Of a DNA stretch of 64,000 bases, positions 25,273 through 39,799 are shown one piece after another. The notes beneath the pieces are model-generated. The model searched no databases. It was not told where the DNA came from and saw nothing but the letters and a program-made list of their open reading frames with translations. Where the stretch lies: the NCBI RefSeq assembly GCF_006345805.1, contig NC_043001.1, positions 90,768,001 to 90,832,000 of the forward strand, in the 5' to 3' direction. The stretch's first letter is position 1. The number at the start of each line of letters is the position of its first letter. Both the position numbers and the translations under genes were made by a program. The DNA is from Octopus sinensis. Lineage: Eukaryota.

Positions 25273-26660
25273 TACAGTGGAGTGTCTGGTAGTCTTCCTT
25301 TCTGTATTGCATACAATAATGGGGTTTCTTTTGTAAGCTTGCACAGTAAAGAAAATGGAGTGTCTATTAAATACATTAAAAAATTAATTTGGCAAAATGT
25401 GAAAAAGTTCAGCTGCAAGGTATTTTTAGTTGTATACTAATCAGTTTTCTCTTCGTAGATGCAACAAACTCAGGTATGCTACTTCTGTATTGATTACAAA
25501 AGCTTCATTGTACTTTAAACCATTTACTGTTTCCACCCCCACCCACCCCTTGAGTAAAAGGGAAGATTGCTTAAATGTAAGTTATTTGGGGGAAATTGTC
25601 TATCTTGTTAGGCTCAATTTTTAAAAATTAATTCATTATTCTAGAAATATTCAAAATTATTTGATGAAATTAGAGCATATGTAATTTTTTAAATATATAT
25701 TCCTTGCAATATAATTTTTAGTTTTGGACAATACCAGTTATTACAACAGGACGTCTAAAATTTAGTTTGATCAGTGATTCTCATCCTTTTGTAGCTCAAT
25801 GCTCCCATTCACTGAAAAAATCTTAATTTTGCTCAGTGGTTTATTCATATTTTATACAATCCCATCCAGTATGTGCTTTTGGATATTTGCATGGAAACTA
25901 CATCCTGTGTTAATCTTTTTTTTTTATGACTATTACTAAAGACAAGGATGTATAGAACAATGCACTAAGTGCCTGTAAATTGAAAAGTTAGAACAAATGA
26001 CGTTACATCTTAATTTTAAAAATACTATCGGCTTTATTACTGGTGTTAATTAATCAAACATTGCTATTAGGCTGTCTTTAGAAAAAAAAGAAAATACAAA
26101 TTATACTCCGAAAACTAATGGTTGGTTTATGTTTGATCAGGTTCTCTTTTTGTCAAACAGTTTACCTTATGTATTTATATCATACTTCACTAACAGTTGT
26201 ACTAAAATGTACTGAATCCTTTATAAACCAGGTACGGCGGGGATACTAACAATTTTACTTCCAAAATAGGGGTGTTTGTTGCTTAAACGATAATTCTTCA
26301 CAAAATGATCTTGCTTTTGCTCACAATGTCCTCGTTTTAATCTGAACAAACAATTTTGTGTAGATGTTTAAAATTTTTTTTTCCTTTAATTTCCCAAAAG
26401 AAAATCACACCTAAACACCCAAGTACCACTTTAACATTTGCTACCCCCTTGTTAACCCCCTAGGCCTCCATTGAGGTGCTACTAAGTTAAGAATCACTGT
26501 TAGATTTGAATATCAGGCCCTAAGAGATGATACAGTATGGAGAAAGATCAAATCCAACATTTCCTCTGATGTTAAACTAATGTGCAGTAATGTTTTCTCC
26601 TACATTTTCACTGATTATATTTTTAAAGGATATTTTTGTTTTTTTGTTTTTCTGTTTTAG

Positions 26661-26777
<117 letters not shown>

Positions 26778-28313
26778 TGATCCATCTATTTCTTGAAGCA
26801 TATATATTTTTTCGCATGTATGCTGACTGAAGATTAACATTTCTTATTCAAATTTCATGTTCAGGACTTTGCTTCACAGTATAATTGGCCAATTTTTGTT
26901 TCCACAATAGATTAAACACATTTTCCAGTTAGTCTTTACTCCCTTTTGATTTATTATCACTAGAAATTTTAATGAAAAACTATGTGGATTTCATGTCAAA
27001 TGTAATTAGATTCAAAGCTTTACTTCTGTTTACCAGAAATCCCTTCACATTTTTTGTTTATATTCATTTTGCATTCAATAGTCATTGTTTTTGTCCACTT
27101 TTTTCTTTACATATTGATTCTCAAATTCCAAACTTATCATTAAGAAGTAAATTTTCTGCATGCATGTTTCTCGGGCATTTTTAGATTTTTTTTCTTCTCT
27201 ATTCAAAATATTATTTAGCTAACAGTCTATTGTAATATTTTCAAAAGTAAAAATATTTTGTAATGTTTCTTTCTTGGTTCCCTTAGTGTGTAAAGATGCT
27301 TAGTTATGTTGTGAAAATTGCTCAGGATACCCCATGTAATAAGGGCATCTAATCAGGAACTAGATTATTGTAGTTTTGAGCCTTTCAGGTTTAGTTGCAT
27401 TTAAAACCTGATCCTGGTTGGACAAACTCTTTTAAGAGCACATGTCAGGAATTCTTGGGCTAGAATGAGTAGACTTAAAATTACCTCAACCTGTTTCTTG
27501 CAACATACTTTCATTTGGTTGGGTTTTTATCTAAAATAAGTTTCGCAAGATTATAGGGTAACATGTAGTGAAAGGTGTTAAGACTGGGTAAATTGGACCA
27601 AATTTAGAACAGTGTATTGAAAATGCACCAAAAGGAATTTCATTATAAGGCCTTAAGCTCATTTGTTTCAGATTACGATGTTCTAGTCATTTTATATAGG
27701 TTTATCTCTTATTAAATATGAAGGAAATACTAATAGAACTAGAATGCTGAGTACATACTTTTAATATGCTTCAATATATTTAACTTAAATTTAGATTTGA
27801 TTGATCAGATTTTGTCATTTTATGTCTGCTTTTTATGCTGGCTTATATTGGATGTGTTCTCACCATCCAAGACATCTGTTTAGTCACTGTCATTCTGGAC
27901 AAATGAAGGATCACATTTTGCTTGTACATTCCATTGTTGACAGTTTCTATAGTGAGATACCTTGCTAAGTACCAATTACTTTTCAGTGTGCTTTTCATTC
28001 TGGCACCAACATAACTGAGGTTATCTTGTCCTTAGCAAGATTGAGTTCTCTTTTTCTCCATGTTGGCTGTGTGAATGACATAGGGAAGGAGAGATAAACA
28101 AGAAGGCAATAGAGACAGTAAAATGGAAGGGATAGTGATAGCTAGATATGTTGGTTATTAGTAAGAAGACAGAAAGCAGCATGTGTGGTATGATGGGATA
28201 GACTGAAAGTGAGAAAGTGATAGACATCAACAATGAGTGATGGTAATAGTCATGCAAGATCATTCCCAACCTCCATCACCACAGATTGCTATTTGTTCTT
28301 TGTCTTTTTTTTA

Positions 28314-28315
<2 letters not shown>

Positions 28316-28354
<39 letters not shown>

Positions 28355-28363
28355 CCCCCCCCC
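28316..28363. repeat. (CT)n plus poly-C microsatellite
   Basis: Directly visible. Confidence 0.95.
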
Positions 28364-28663
28364 CACAGATTTCATCCAGATTTCAATACTTTATATTACA
28401 ATCTTTCATTTTATAATGTTATATTATTGTAGTCTTTTCTCTTGCACTAATATTTCACATGTGCTGACTACTGCTCCTGTACATCTGTTGTATACAAAGT
28501 CTACTTTCTGTCATCTTGTCTGTGATTCCATTAAATCTCACATGTTTTCTTTCTTTACACAGGACACTTTGTATGAAATTTCTTCCAATGCATTTTCTGT
28601 ATATTGAACTTTAAATTAAACCAGCCAATTTAAACAGCTTCTCTGTTTCTCTCTCACTTACTT

Positions 28664-28698
<35 letters not shown>

Positions 28699-29151
28699 TT
28701 TTGTGATTCAAGTTTCTAGTAATTTGACAACTTGATGATAATTTAGTTCCTCAATGTTCAGGTTATAATTATTAAACAAGTGCCACTTTATATTGAGTTA
28801 CAAAGTCATAAAAATATTTTTTATCAGTTGTCACTTGATTTACATGAATTTGAAGGAAGGTATAGAGGTTATTGCAGTGTGTAGGAAAAAAGATTTGGGT
28901 TGAAGTCCATCATAGGAAGAGTGGAACAAACTAGAAATTGGTAATTGTGAATATGGTAGCATATTCAAGCAATATTGATAAATGTCTGCTACAGTTTTAA
29001 TATTTGATGCATCTTGTACAGCATTTAGCTTGTTGAGCTTACTTTGATTTACCCAACTTGATCATGCCATCCATCAAGATGGTTAAAAGCAGCATAATAT
29101 AACATTTGAAAATATAACGTTGGGTGAATTTATATATATATACACACAGAC

Positions 29152-29450
29152 ACAGAGGCTGCAATGTGTAAATTGTCACCATTTTACATTTTTTATTTTT
29201 ATGCACATCGTTTATTTTTTATTTTGTTGGCTGCACTGTCTGAGAAAATCGGCACCATGACACAGTTCACTCTGCCAGAAATTTGGAAACATGTACTGCT
29301 TAGCATTCATGCCAGACGCTCCCATATGAACATTTCAGACTGTTTGGGTGTCAGTCTAAGGACATGTACTGAGAGTGATAAAAATCAAACATCTAGTCAG
29401 CATCATGGTGTTTGGAGTGATTACTAGTGATGGCAACGTTATGCCTCCGT
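29152..29450 (+). mobile_element. Internally deleted Tc1/mariner-superfamily transposase fragment
   Basis: Translates KHLVSIMVFGVITSDGNVMPP, matching the KHPxxVMVWG.I...G.VMPP motif of maT/rosa-type transposases. Confidence 0.6.
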
Positions 29451-30167
29451 CTTTGTGATTAAGGCTTGGTGGAAGATTTTAATTCCAAACTTATGAAAAC
29501 AAGACATTTGTACTCAGAGCCAGAGCCGGTTTCAGCCAGGTTGATAACGAAAGGGTTAATGTATATTGGCAAAAGTTATTAACATTTGTATCAAAATCTT
29601 AAGACACTACCCTTTATCACTATCAGAAATGCAGTGAATCATTCAGACTTTTTGGTAGTCTGTGATGCTATTGTTCGCTAATTGTGCTTAGAAGGGTTTC
29701 ACATACTTATCAGAAAAATCATCTCTTTAAAAAAAATTACGGCAATGCACTAACAAAGAACATAATGCACTTTATAATAAAACAAAAGTTGTACATATAA
29801 AATTTCTTTTTCTCTCCCTCCCCCCCCCCGCCCTTGTTCCATAAATTGATTTGTTTCAGTAAACTATTGGTCTTATTCTGATTAGAGCTTGTCAGTCTTC
29901 TGTGGCATTACTTTGTTTCCCTTTTCTATCCAAGTTTCATGGATGTTATCTGTGCAATTTCATAAATTTTCCACCTTTTCAGTAAGTTTAATTCCTTTTT
30001 ATTGTAAAATACTCTGCTGTTGTGTACAGTTTTACTCATGATAGAGGGAAATGATACCTTCTGTGAAGTGACAGGTAATAATAGTTGTGAGAAGTTATTC
30101 TGAGCTGTGACAGTTGTCTGGCTTTTCCAATGGTTAGCTTTTTTTTCCCATTTGGTAAAGGATTGAT

Positions 30168-30354
30168 CCTTTAGCATTCAGATTACTCTGTCAAATGTCA
30201 TGCTTAGTGATTCACATTGTTTTGAATTAATCGCCCATTATCTTGTAGCTTGAAGATTTTTATTATTTTTTAGAATAACGAGGGGCTGAATCTGGTTAGC
30301 TTGAACATGTTTAGAATATTTGGGCCAGATATGGCCTATTTAAATGCAAAAGGG
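30168..30354. mobile_element. Short piggyBac-type MITE (related partial copies at ~22073 and ~23664)
   Basis: Ends cctttagcatt...aatgcaaaaggg with degenerate TTAA flanks. Confidence 0.6.
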
Positions 30355-32909
30355 TTTAAATGTCTTTTGTACAATCTTCAGTGGGAGTCTTTATTTACAT
30401 GGTCATCTTCTTCCCCACATACTGGTCTGTTGCTGGTATCTTGCACATGCAAGTGCTGACACAATTTCAAAATCTGTTTTGGTATGATACTGAAAACAAA
30501 GGTCACTGTAAAGTTCATTTACTCTCCAATAGTTGGTAATCTTAATCAACTTCTTTATGTCCATTACTATATTAACTTCAAAATAATCCCTGTAATTCTT
30601 TCTGGCATGTATGAAATCATAGTCTCTTCATTTTACTATGTTGTGTAATCATTCCCTTCTGTACATGTATGAAACATTTCAATATGGTAAAATAAAAAGG
30701 TAATGACTGTTTCAAGTCAATGAGAATTCCGAATGCTTAGTTTCTTATGATCTTTTTCTTTCTTTCTTTGCTCTCCATATTTTCATCTGATGTTTTTGGA
30801 AAAAAATTTGTTCTAGCTTTTAATATTGCCATTGAGGTTGCTCTCTCTATCAGAAATTCTAGTTTCTGGTGCTACAGCTACCATGTGATTATGCTTGTTG
30901 TAGTTTCCATTTGTTATTATTGTTTCTTGAGAAAATCTTTTAAAATTGGAGGAGTTGCTTACACTGAACATGAAGTTAATATTGTTTCAAATGCAAAAAG
31001 TTTAAGAAAAGATAACAGTGCAGAAAAAAATGTCCCCTAAAATTCAGGGAAAAGACTTGCATCAGTATTCTGATATAAATGTGAAAACATAACTATGAGT
31101 AGCATGGTGCAGATTTATGATCTATGACCATAAGTCTTAGACAGATTAGTCATGAAAAGGTTAATCTTAAGCCTCTTACCAAGGTAGATAGCATTATCTT
31201 CCTTGCATATAACAATGCTTGTATTTCATTTTCTCAGCTGGAAGAAATATAGCACTTTATCATTTCGATCTTTTATGGTATTGTGGTCTTAAGAAGTTTA
31301 TTAGTGATCTCATCAGAAATATTTTAATATCAGTTGGATTTTACCTCTGGAATAAATTTTCGAAATCTTAAACTTTCTCCCCACCCTAAAGCTTTGAACA
31401 ATTTTCACTCAGTTGTCAGGTAGCTTTCTCATCTCATGCTCTAGGTCAGTGATGGTCGATCTTTTTAACTCACCATGTTGAAATTTTATTATTTCTATTA
31501 TTGGAGTGTCATTTTTATGTATTTTAGTTATAGTGAAATGCTTATAGATAGGTGGCCTATCATATTTAACATTTATTTTTCTATGATTGTATGGTTCCAA
31601 TGAAGTTAGTTACTCTTCTCACTTGTTTCCAAGGACAATATATTTCCCAAACTTATACTGTTCATTGATTTGTGTAAAACAAGTTTGAGCTTATAAAGAC
31701 ATTTAGCTTCAGTAAATCATGTTCCATACTTTTCACATCTGAATCTCTGATTTCACTTAAACTTTCACCAAACTGTTCAAATATTTGATCAAATCCCAAC
31801 CATCTTAACATTATTGTACATTAGTAAACCATTTAAAATCAAATGAAAGTCTTTTTCCTAGTAGCCATCAAATTGACTGTCACAACTCTCTTATCAAAAT
31901 CTTTAAAGCTTATTTTTATGCAGACAACTTACTGATATGTATACAATAGAAACTTTGAGATGATCAGCAGCTTATGTAAATTGTTTTATAAAAATCAACA
32001 TTTCAACCTACAGTATTAAGGGCACCAGCAGTCATAGCATAATCTATTTTTCACTAATCTTTCACAAAACACAATCACATCTTCTCCTTGTGTATTTTGA
32101 GGCAAATTCACAAACTTCTGAATAGAATGTCTGAAAATATCACAGAATATTTAATTTAGTGAACAAATACTCAAGCATTCTGGAATTTGATTTTCTATGT
32201 TAGCTCTCCTTTTTATCATTCTCTTTTAACTTCTTAAGCTATCAAATAATGCTGTACATATAACAAAAGCATCACCTAACATAATACTCACCATCAATTG
32301 AAGTTACTAAATAGGGAAGTCCTAAGAATTGAAGTCTTCTGATGAGGAGCAGTTCCACTTTAGCTGTTTAGTCTTAAGTTCTTTTCACAACTGTCTCTTG
32401 ACAAATATAATATAAAAAGAAATTTATCATCCTTATCAGTAATGACATATTGCTCACTCCCCAAATCTTGAAAATTTCTTCCACTTTATTTTAGCAATTT
32501 TAATTTTTTTTTATTATTATTAGTTTAATGCCATTGATTTGAGAAGATAAGAATGACTTGGAAGCTCCTCCCATCAAAGCTAAAACCAAATGCTTTTCTT
32601 TTTTAGCCTATGTTAGGCAAATGAGTTGCTAATTTATTTAGTTTGTGATATAAAGTGCTGTATCAGATATTCTTGAAAAACAGATTTTTAATCTTTTAAA
32701 ATTCTTTGTTAAATTTTGCATGTTACCTAAAAACTAATAGCATGTCACCATCATTACTCTAGGTCCAGTAGATTTAAGCTATATTTAAACTTGGGAGGGC
32801 TTCCATAAGCCATTAATAGATTTCCATTGCAAAGAACCAATGGAAAATAAGATCATGTGAAAATGTACTATCAAGAATAAAGGTGGTTTAAGATATCGGT
32901 TACCTCTCG

Positions 32910-32977
32910 TAACAAAGGGATTTTCTTAACAAAGGGATTTTCTTAACAAAGGGATTTTCTTAACAAAGGGATTTTCT
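32910..32977. repeat. Perfect tandem repeat, 4 x 17 bp (TAACAAAGGGATTTTCT)
   Basis: Four identical contiguous units with no spacers. Confidence 0.95.
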
Positions 32978-33552
32978 CATGCAAAAAAAAAAATGTGATT
33001 AAGTTTGCTTCCTCATGGTAGCAGGATGGGAGTATTAAGGGCATGTGGTAACTGGAAAGAAATGACATGAAAATTAGAACTGAATTGAAAAACCAGCTAA
33101 ATATTTGTCAACATATTGATGTATGCAGAAGAAACATCTGCTGTGGAAGTGCCTGTTGTAGATGTAAACTTTTGTTAAGTGAGATCCCAACACACCTCAA
33201 GGACACACATGATGTTAGATTTGCCTGACTCTTCTCTTTTAAAATAAGGATAACCTAATTAGTTAAGGCTGATGATGATAAACTATTTAGCCTTTTTTTT
33301 CTCTCTCTCTCTCATTGAGGTAGTTTTCTTTGGCTGATACTCTTCCTGATGCCAGCAAGGTAATAATCTCCTAGTCCATAGAACAGCAAACAGCCTGGAC
33401 ATACTTTTGTAAAAGACTGCAAACAAATAACACTTTTGTATGAACATTGAAGTTTTTGTTTGCAATCGCCATGCAACCTGATCATGAAGTATGGATATGC
33501 TTTTAGGGTGGGCTGCAAACAGCTAGATAATCCAGAAAGGATAATTCCTTAA

Positions 33553-34649
33553 CCCTTTCATTACCAAACCGCCCAAAGCCACCTGAAAAAAATTTTGGTT
33601 AATGTGACCAAACCCGCCCGTATTTACCTATTCACATTTAAATGAGAATATCAGAGCAAATCTCTTTAGTACATTCGTGAAAATACGTGATTATATTTCG
33701 TAAACAGTTCATCTACAGTTTTGTACAACGATCGCCGTGTAATTTTAATTCCCTGAATTTTGGGAGATTTTTTTCGACATTTTTTTTGGCATCAATTTTT
33801 CTTCAACTTTGAAAATTGATAGGAGTTTCATGTTATCAAGCATTGATTCCGAATTGGAAAATTTGTGAAGCGAATACTGGGTACTGTTGTGGATTTAGTT
33901 TTTATACAGGGAAACTAATGTTAGTCAGCATGGCTTAGGGTACGATGTGGTCTGGAAGTTATTGTTTGAAGCGATCAATGCGGAAACAAACTTACGCAGA
34001 ATGTAAACAAACACAAAATGGGGGTTCAAATTTCGGAAAGTTTGTGAAGCAAATACTGGGTACTGCGTGGATTTAGTTTTTATACAGGGAAAATAATGTT
34101 AGTCAGCATGGCCTAGGGAACGATGTGGTCTGGAATTTATCACTTCCATACCATAACCAGGGCCATATATTATTTTTTGACCGATTTCTTTAGAACGGTC
34201 AAACTTGCGGTGGATTCCAATATTTCACTTTATTCCACCTTTATGGTACACCTGTTGTGCATTAAATTCAACTGATAATCTAGTGATGTGCACAATTCTT
34301 CTTTATCAAAATTTTGTTGCATACCCATTTGAATATTAGCTGATGATTCATTTTCTATGGTGATGTTTAAACAAAATTTTAATATTTTTACCTTTTGCTC
34401 AATTTAAAATTTTAATATTTTTACCTTTTGCTCAATTTACCTGTAATTAAATCACTTTTAGACAAAAGTTATGCAATAGTATTGATTAAGAACCCTTTCT
34501 TTAATTATGTTCCAAATATCACATTAATATGTTGATAAGTAAAAAAGTTACAGTTATTTAATGAAACAAGCCTAGATTCATGATTATTTTAGAATTTAAT
34601 TGAAACTCATGAGGGATGTATTTTGGTCAGAAATATAGTAACGAAAGGG
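33553..34649 (+). mobile_element. piggyBac-type non-autonomous element, copy A (intron 2)
   Basis: TTAA|CCCTTTCATTAC...GTAACGAAAGGG|CTAA; internal duplications of ~105 bp (33858/34036) and ~34 bp (34373/34406). Strand follows the transposase remnant of copy B. Confidence 0.9.
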
Positions 34650-37600
34650 CTAAGTATTATGTACTCTAAATCTTGGCATATTGTTTTCCTATTTCACATT
34701 TGGGAGCCACAATTTAATCCTTTAATTTAGTAAGGTTTGGTATTTATTTAGGCTTTAATAATACTAATAAATCACTGGGGAAAGAAGTGCTGAACTTATG
34801 TTGCTTTCTAGCCTAAATGACTCGACATTGAGGAATATTTCTTCTCATTTGATCTCTTTGTAGTGTTAAGTATTATGGACATTATTTATTCTTCTCTTAT
34901 TACATTGGCTACTTTTACTAGTGATTACTGTGGTAGCCATCATCATATATGGTCTTAAATCCTCTTCATACAATTACCATGTACCTTTTTTTCATGCTGC
35001 ACTGGCATCAGAGAAAAATTTTCTCGCAGGTAGGAAAGTTTTTTAATCCACAACCAACTATAACTGTGCCTTGATAAACAGTGTTGTTATGTTTGTTCGT
35101 ATCATGTGTCTTTTCCTCTTCACAACCTCACTTCTTCAGAGCATTTTGGCATCTTTATATACTTCTAAAATACTTATTTTTTTAAAGCTCATTCAGGAAA
35201 TTTATAATTTTTAGAGGAGTTTATCTTGGCATTAAAATATAAACATAGCTACAATGTTGGGTTCTATTGGTGAGTTCTATAAACATAAGATGAAAGCATG
35301 TCTTTAAATTATATTTCATTATTATGTAGTTAATAACACAAGTCTGTATTGACCTTATATTACCTTTTACAAAAAAAAAATTAAACTACTCCAATTTTTT
35401 AAACATCAGTTCCAATATTTATGTTTATGGCATTGTTAGTCCGCATGTTTACAAAAAGGTTTTATATTTTATGCTAAACACTATTAAATTTCTGTCTGAA
35501 TTTTCAAATATTTTCCCATTCACTTGTTCTAGCAAAATTGTGTGAATCACATGTATGTGTAGTCAATAGACACATTGTTTTGTAACTTTCATCTCTCAAA
35601 CACCAACTATTATTTAGTGTACTGCTTTGAAATGTTCACAAAGGTTGAACATAAAAGCCAATTTAATTTCTGGATCATTGCTATTATGCTGCTTTGACCT
35701 GAAAGATATTTCTTGAGTTCTGAAAGATATATTGAACTTTATTGTACTGTCCCAAAATCACTGGTTTAGCTATTATGGCTGGGTTAAAAATATTGGTATT
35801 AAATTCATCCAATTTCAAAACCCATTACTGAGTAACACAGCACCTATTTCTAATAGACTTATATTGACACCAAGTTTGCATGCAAGAGTTCAGCGCATGT
35901 CCAGAATCAATGAAAATGGTTTAAAAATTAGCCTAAAAGTTGATAGTATTATTGCCTAATAAGTAAATGCTAATCTATGTGACTGTCTATTGACATTGTA
36001 AAGCAACATTGTTTATTGCATGCTATAAAAAGTTAGGTAGGGACATATTTTGTTCCTTCTAAAACAGGACCATAACAAAGTTTTTGTCATATCTTAACTA
36101 TGACATAAATACTATTTGCTTTTAACTGCTTAGAAACATTAACAAGCTAATATTAAATTAAAGACTATGTGTTATATGTGATGTTGGCCATGAATTAAAT
36201 GCTTTAATTATTCTGGTGTAAAATATCTTTTATGTTGACAATTTCATATTTTTAAATGGTGAGAACATACTCTGAATTGAGTATTATGCCAAACTTGAAT
36301 AATTTGGGCAAAATTCCCTATAAGGTTAATGTACAGAATTTTTTTAAAATTCTTTTATCACTTTACTGAGATCTTGGCTGATCCCCAGAATGCTTTTGTT
36401 TGTTCAGTTGTAGGGAAATGTCTGTTTCATAAATTTCCTGTAGAATTTTTTTTTGAAAGATTATAGCAGCAAAGCTAGTTTTGTTTCTTCATTTTTATAC
36501 ACACACACTTTTTTCCTCCAGTATTATAAGGATCTAGCAAAACAGAATAGCTATTTAGGTTACTTTTATTTAAAATGTTTATCAGAAGTGAATGCTTCAG
36601 AAAGAATTATTTAATGAATTATTAAAAGCACAATGTCATAACATAATGTACAAGTAATACATATGAAGATTCTGAAAATTTGGCATCACTTATATAACTA
36701 AAAACTAATGATGAAATATATCTAAACACAAAAATATTTCTTGCAGAATTAATAGATTATAGGGTATCTTGGAAACGAAAAAAATATTTTATAATTTTCT
36801 ATTCACCTTTGGATGGCAATTTTTCTGCAGTTTTTGATTTTCAATTAAGAGTTCATAATATATTTAAGATTTTAAAGGTGACTTTAAAGCAAGAAGTACA
36901 CCAAGTGTAGTATTCATATTAGTTCTGTCTGGTTTGATACAATATATGTTGTAGCTGATGTAGCGGAATCCATTTTCTGTAAACAAACTGCTGTCTAGTG
37001 TCTTAATTGAATTTGTGTGTGTTTAACACATTTTGCTTTACTTTCATAAGTTCAAACGGGCATACAAAAAGCATCCTTGGGTTGGTATCATCAGTATACT
37101 AGCACTACCTCCACTGCAGTTAAGGATATTTGGTTGTGCAAGCTGCTGGCAATATGTGTTGGATGAGCCAACTTAGTGCCATGAAGGTTGAAGGTCAATT
37201 TGTATGGAAGGCTGTTTTGGAAACTTTGATTCATTCTAGAATGGGAGGACAGCTACAGAACCAATGATCAGGATATTAACTGAGACTTGAAAACAAAATG
37301 GTTGGAATGACCATCAAACATCTCTCTGTGGTGATAGTGGTATGAGTCTTTTAGTCTTGTAGTAAAACATGTTTTTCTGGTTTGTAATGAAACTTTAGTT
37401 GAACATTGATAAAGTTCTCTTCTAGTATATTATTAATTACACTTTGTTGCAACTGATTATTCCTGTTTCATGAAAAATTTATCAATTTCATCATCAATTC
37501 TTGTTTCGTGCATTGTTTTTCAATTTGGTAATTATCTTGGTCTTTTAAAATTAACCTTGATATTAATATCCATTTACTTTGGAGTGAGAAAGTGCTGCAT

Positions 37601-37754
37601 TTTGGAACTTTTTTTTTTTTTTGTTAAACAACTAAGTATTTTAATAAATGGTTTCTAAATATTTCTTATAGGTTCATGTTCCAGATATAGTAATATTATA
37701 TGCATACTGTTATTCACATTAAAGTGGATTTTTTTTATTTATATAACTTTTCAG

Positions 37755-37855
37755 ATACCATATATGATGAAGATGAGGTGTTGCTGGCCCTTGCAGAACA
37801 ACTTGGAATCTTCACTCCTCTAGTTGGTGGCTCTGAATATGTTTACTGTTTATTG
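37755..37855 (+). CDS. PPP2R1A: PP2A-A exon 3 ([34 protein letters not shown])
   Basis: ttttcag acceptor; TTG|GTAAGT donor; 101 nt; lies inside ORF 37700..37957. Confidence 0.97.
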
Positions 37856-37964
37856 GTAAGTGAGAGAGCAAGTATTTTCATGTGTAAGCTATTTTCACAG
37901 CTATGTGGTTTCAGTTCCTGTGTGTGGCCATTTTTATTTCAGTTACTTTTTTTCTAAAGCTTAA

Positions 37965-39012
37965 CCCTTTCGTTACTATATTTCTGACCAAAATACACCC
38001 CTTATGTGTTTCAATTAATTTCTAACATAATCATAAATTTAGTCTGGTTTCATTAAACAACTATAACTTTTTTATTTATCAATATATTAATGTGATTTTT
38101 GGAAGATAATTTAATGAAATGTTCTCAACCAATTCTATACTATAATTTTTGTCACAAAGTGACTCTAATTGCAGGTAGATACAGGTAAATTCGACAAAAT
38201 ATAAAATTATTAAAATTTTGTTCAAACATCGCTATAGAAAATGGGTTAGCTAATATTCAATTGGGTATACAACAAAATTTTACGATAGAATTTGTTATTC
38301 TGGGTAACTTTCTGATACCCATAATAATATTTATGGCAAAATAGTCTTAATTTCATTTAAGGTTGTGGGAAACCACTAACTATCCTTTCTTTCGCTTTGT
38401 TTACATTTAGCGTAACGGTTCGTTTCTGCCGTAATGATTTCAAATAGGCTCATTCGAAAAAGTAAAAAGAAAAGGCTTTACTCTCCTGGGAAAGTCTGTG
38501 GCTTGGTCCAGTTTCTTCAGAAAAATCACCGAAAGAAACAGTTTTTAAATTTTCACTCCATTCAGGTGCCAATTCATTTTCTTTATCGCTGTCGGAGCTC
38601 TCGGATTCACTGTTTTCACTTTTGGAAAATGAAACATCAGATTCATTATCAAATACCACGTGCTTTTTTTTTTAGTTAGATTTATGAAGGTCTTCAGTAG
38701 AAAATCCTTTGAATTCCGACTCGCTGCTTGATATAATGAAATTCGTATCCATTTTTTGTCAGAATTACAAATTTTGAAAACACAATAGGAACAAATTTCG
38801 GGAAAAAATCTCCCAAAATTCACGGAATTAAAATTACACTTCGATTCTTCTACAAAACTGTAGATGAACTGTTTACGAAGTATAATACGTGTTTTCACGA
38901 ATGTACTAAAGAGATTTGCTCTGATATTCTCATTTAAATATGAATAGGTAAATACGGGCGGGTTTATCACATTAACCAAAATTTTTTTTCGGGCGGCTTG
39001 GTAACGAAAGGG
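37965..39012 (-). mobile_element. piggyBac-type non-autonomous element, copy B (intron 3), inverted relative to A and C
   Basis: TTAA|CCCTTTCGTTAC...GTAACGAAAGGG|TTAA. Minus-strand ORF 38450..38659 (acidic stretch, WS, F..F...GP) resembles a piggyBac transposase N-terminus. Confidence 0.92.
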
Positions 39013-39657
39013 TTAAACAAAAACACACACACACACCCCTTTTTTTTTCTTTTTTTTTTTTTCCCCTTTCTCTAGAAATACTGTAGAGTTCATTTTATTG
39101 AACTTCGTTGATATTAAAAAGTTTGGGATATAAGACCTTAATTACTTGCTTAATGCGTGTATATGTTGAGACAGTTCTCATGATAAACTAATTTTGATAA
39201 AATAATCAGACATAACCTAATGTTCTATGTGAAACTTGACCTATTTAAATTGCAGAAAATATTCTTTCATGATGTGATTTCAGATAAGTTGACATTTGGC
39301 TGAATGTCTAGCTTAAAAGTATTAAATTATAAGGTTATCAGGATATTTAATTCTGAAATGAAATTGTTTTAGATTTCTTATGGTAAAAGGTTGTAAATTT
39401 TTTTTTTAAATTTGAAATTCCAATTTTTTTTTTTTTTTCTTTATAAAGAGGGTAACATTAAATATACTGCTGCACACATTTGGGCTTCTTTCTCTACAAT
39501 GCTTGTTCTCTGTCTCTGTGATTCAAATGGTTGGAGAATGTCAGGAAAAAACTTCCATTAAAATCAGCAATTTTGTCTTGGGGTGGGTGGTGTAAATGTG
39601 TTAGTATAATTTTGCAGTATGTAGGGCTCATTTTAATATTTTTCTAATTCATTTCAG

Positions 39658-39799
39658 AAACCTCTTGAAAGTTTGGCTACTGTTGAAGAAACTGTAGTTA
39701 GAGATAAAGCTGTTGATTCCCTAAGGGCAATTGCTGCCCAACATTCGCAAACAGATTTGGAGAATCACTTTGTGCCCCTTGTTAAACGATTGTCGACTG
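39658..39799 (+). CDS. PPP2R1A: PP2A-A exon 4 ([19 protein letters not shown]...LVKRLST)
   Basis: tttcag acceptor; G|GTATGT donor; 142 nt. Confidence 0.96.

Noticed and set aside
25772-26499. hAT-like element with cagtgattct...agaatcactg ends
   Set aside because: Short TIR match but no convincing 8-bp TSD; not listed as a feature.
32910-32977. CRISPR-like array
   Set aside because: Units are contiguous with no unique spacers, in a eukaryotic intron.
30380-33200. Possible decayed minus-strand L1/Tx1-like LINE
   Set aside because: Only faint motif hints (e.g. KISFKDFDK); too degraded to support boundaries or family.
38545-38979. 144-aa minus-strand ORF (and ORFs 51939..52250, 52262..52456)
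   Set aside because: These lie within non-coding parts of the piggyBac MITEs and have no transposase motifs.
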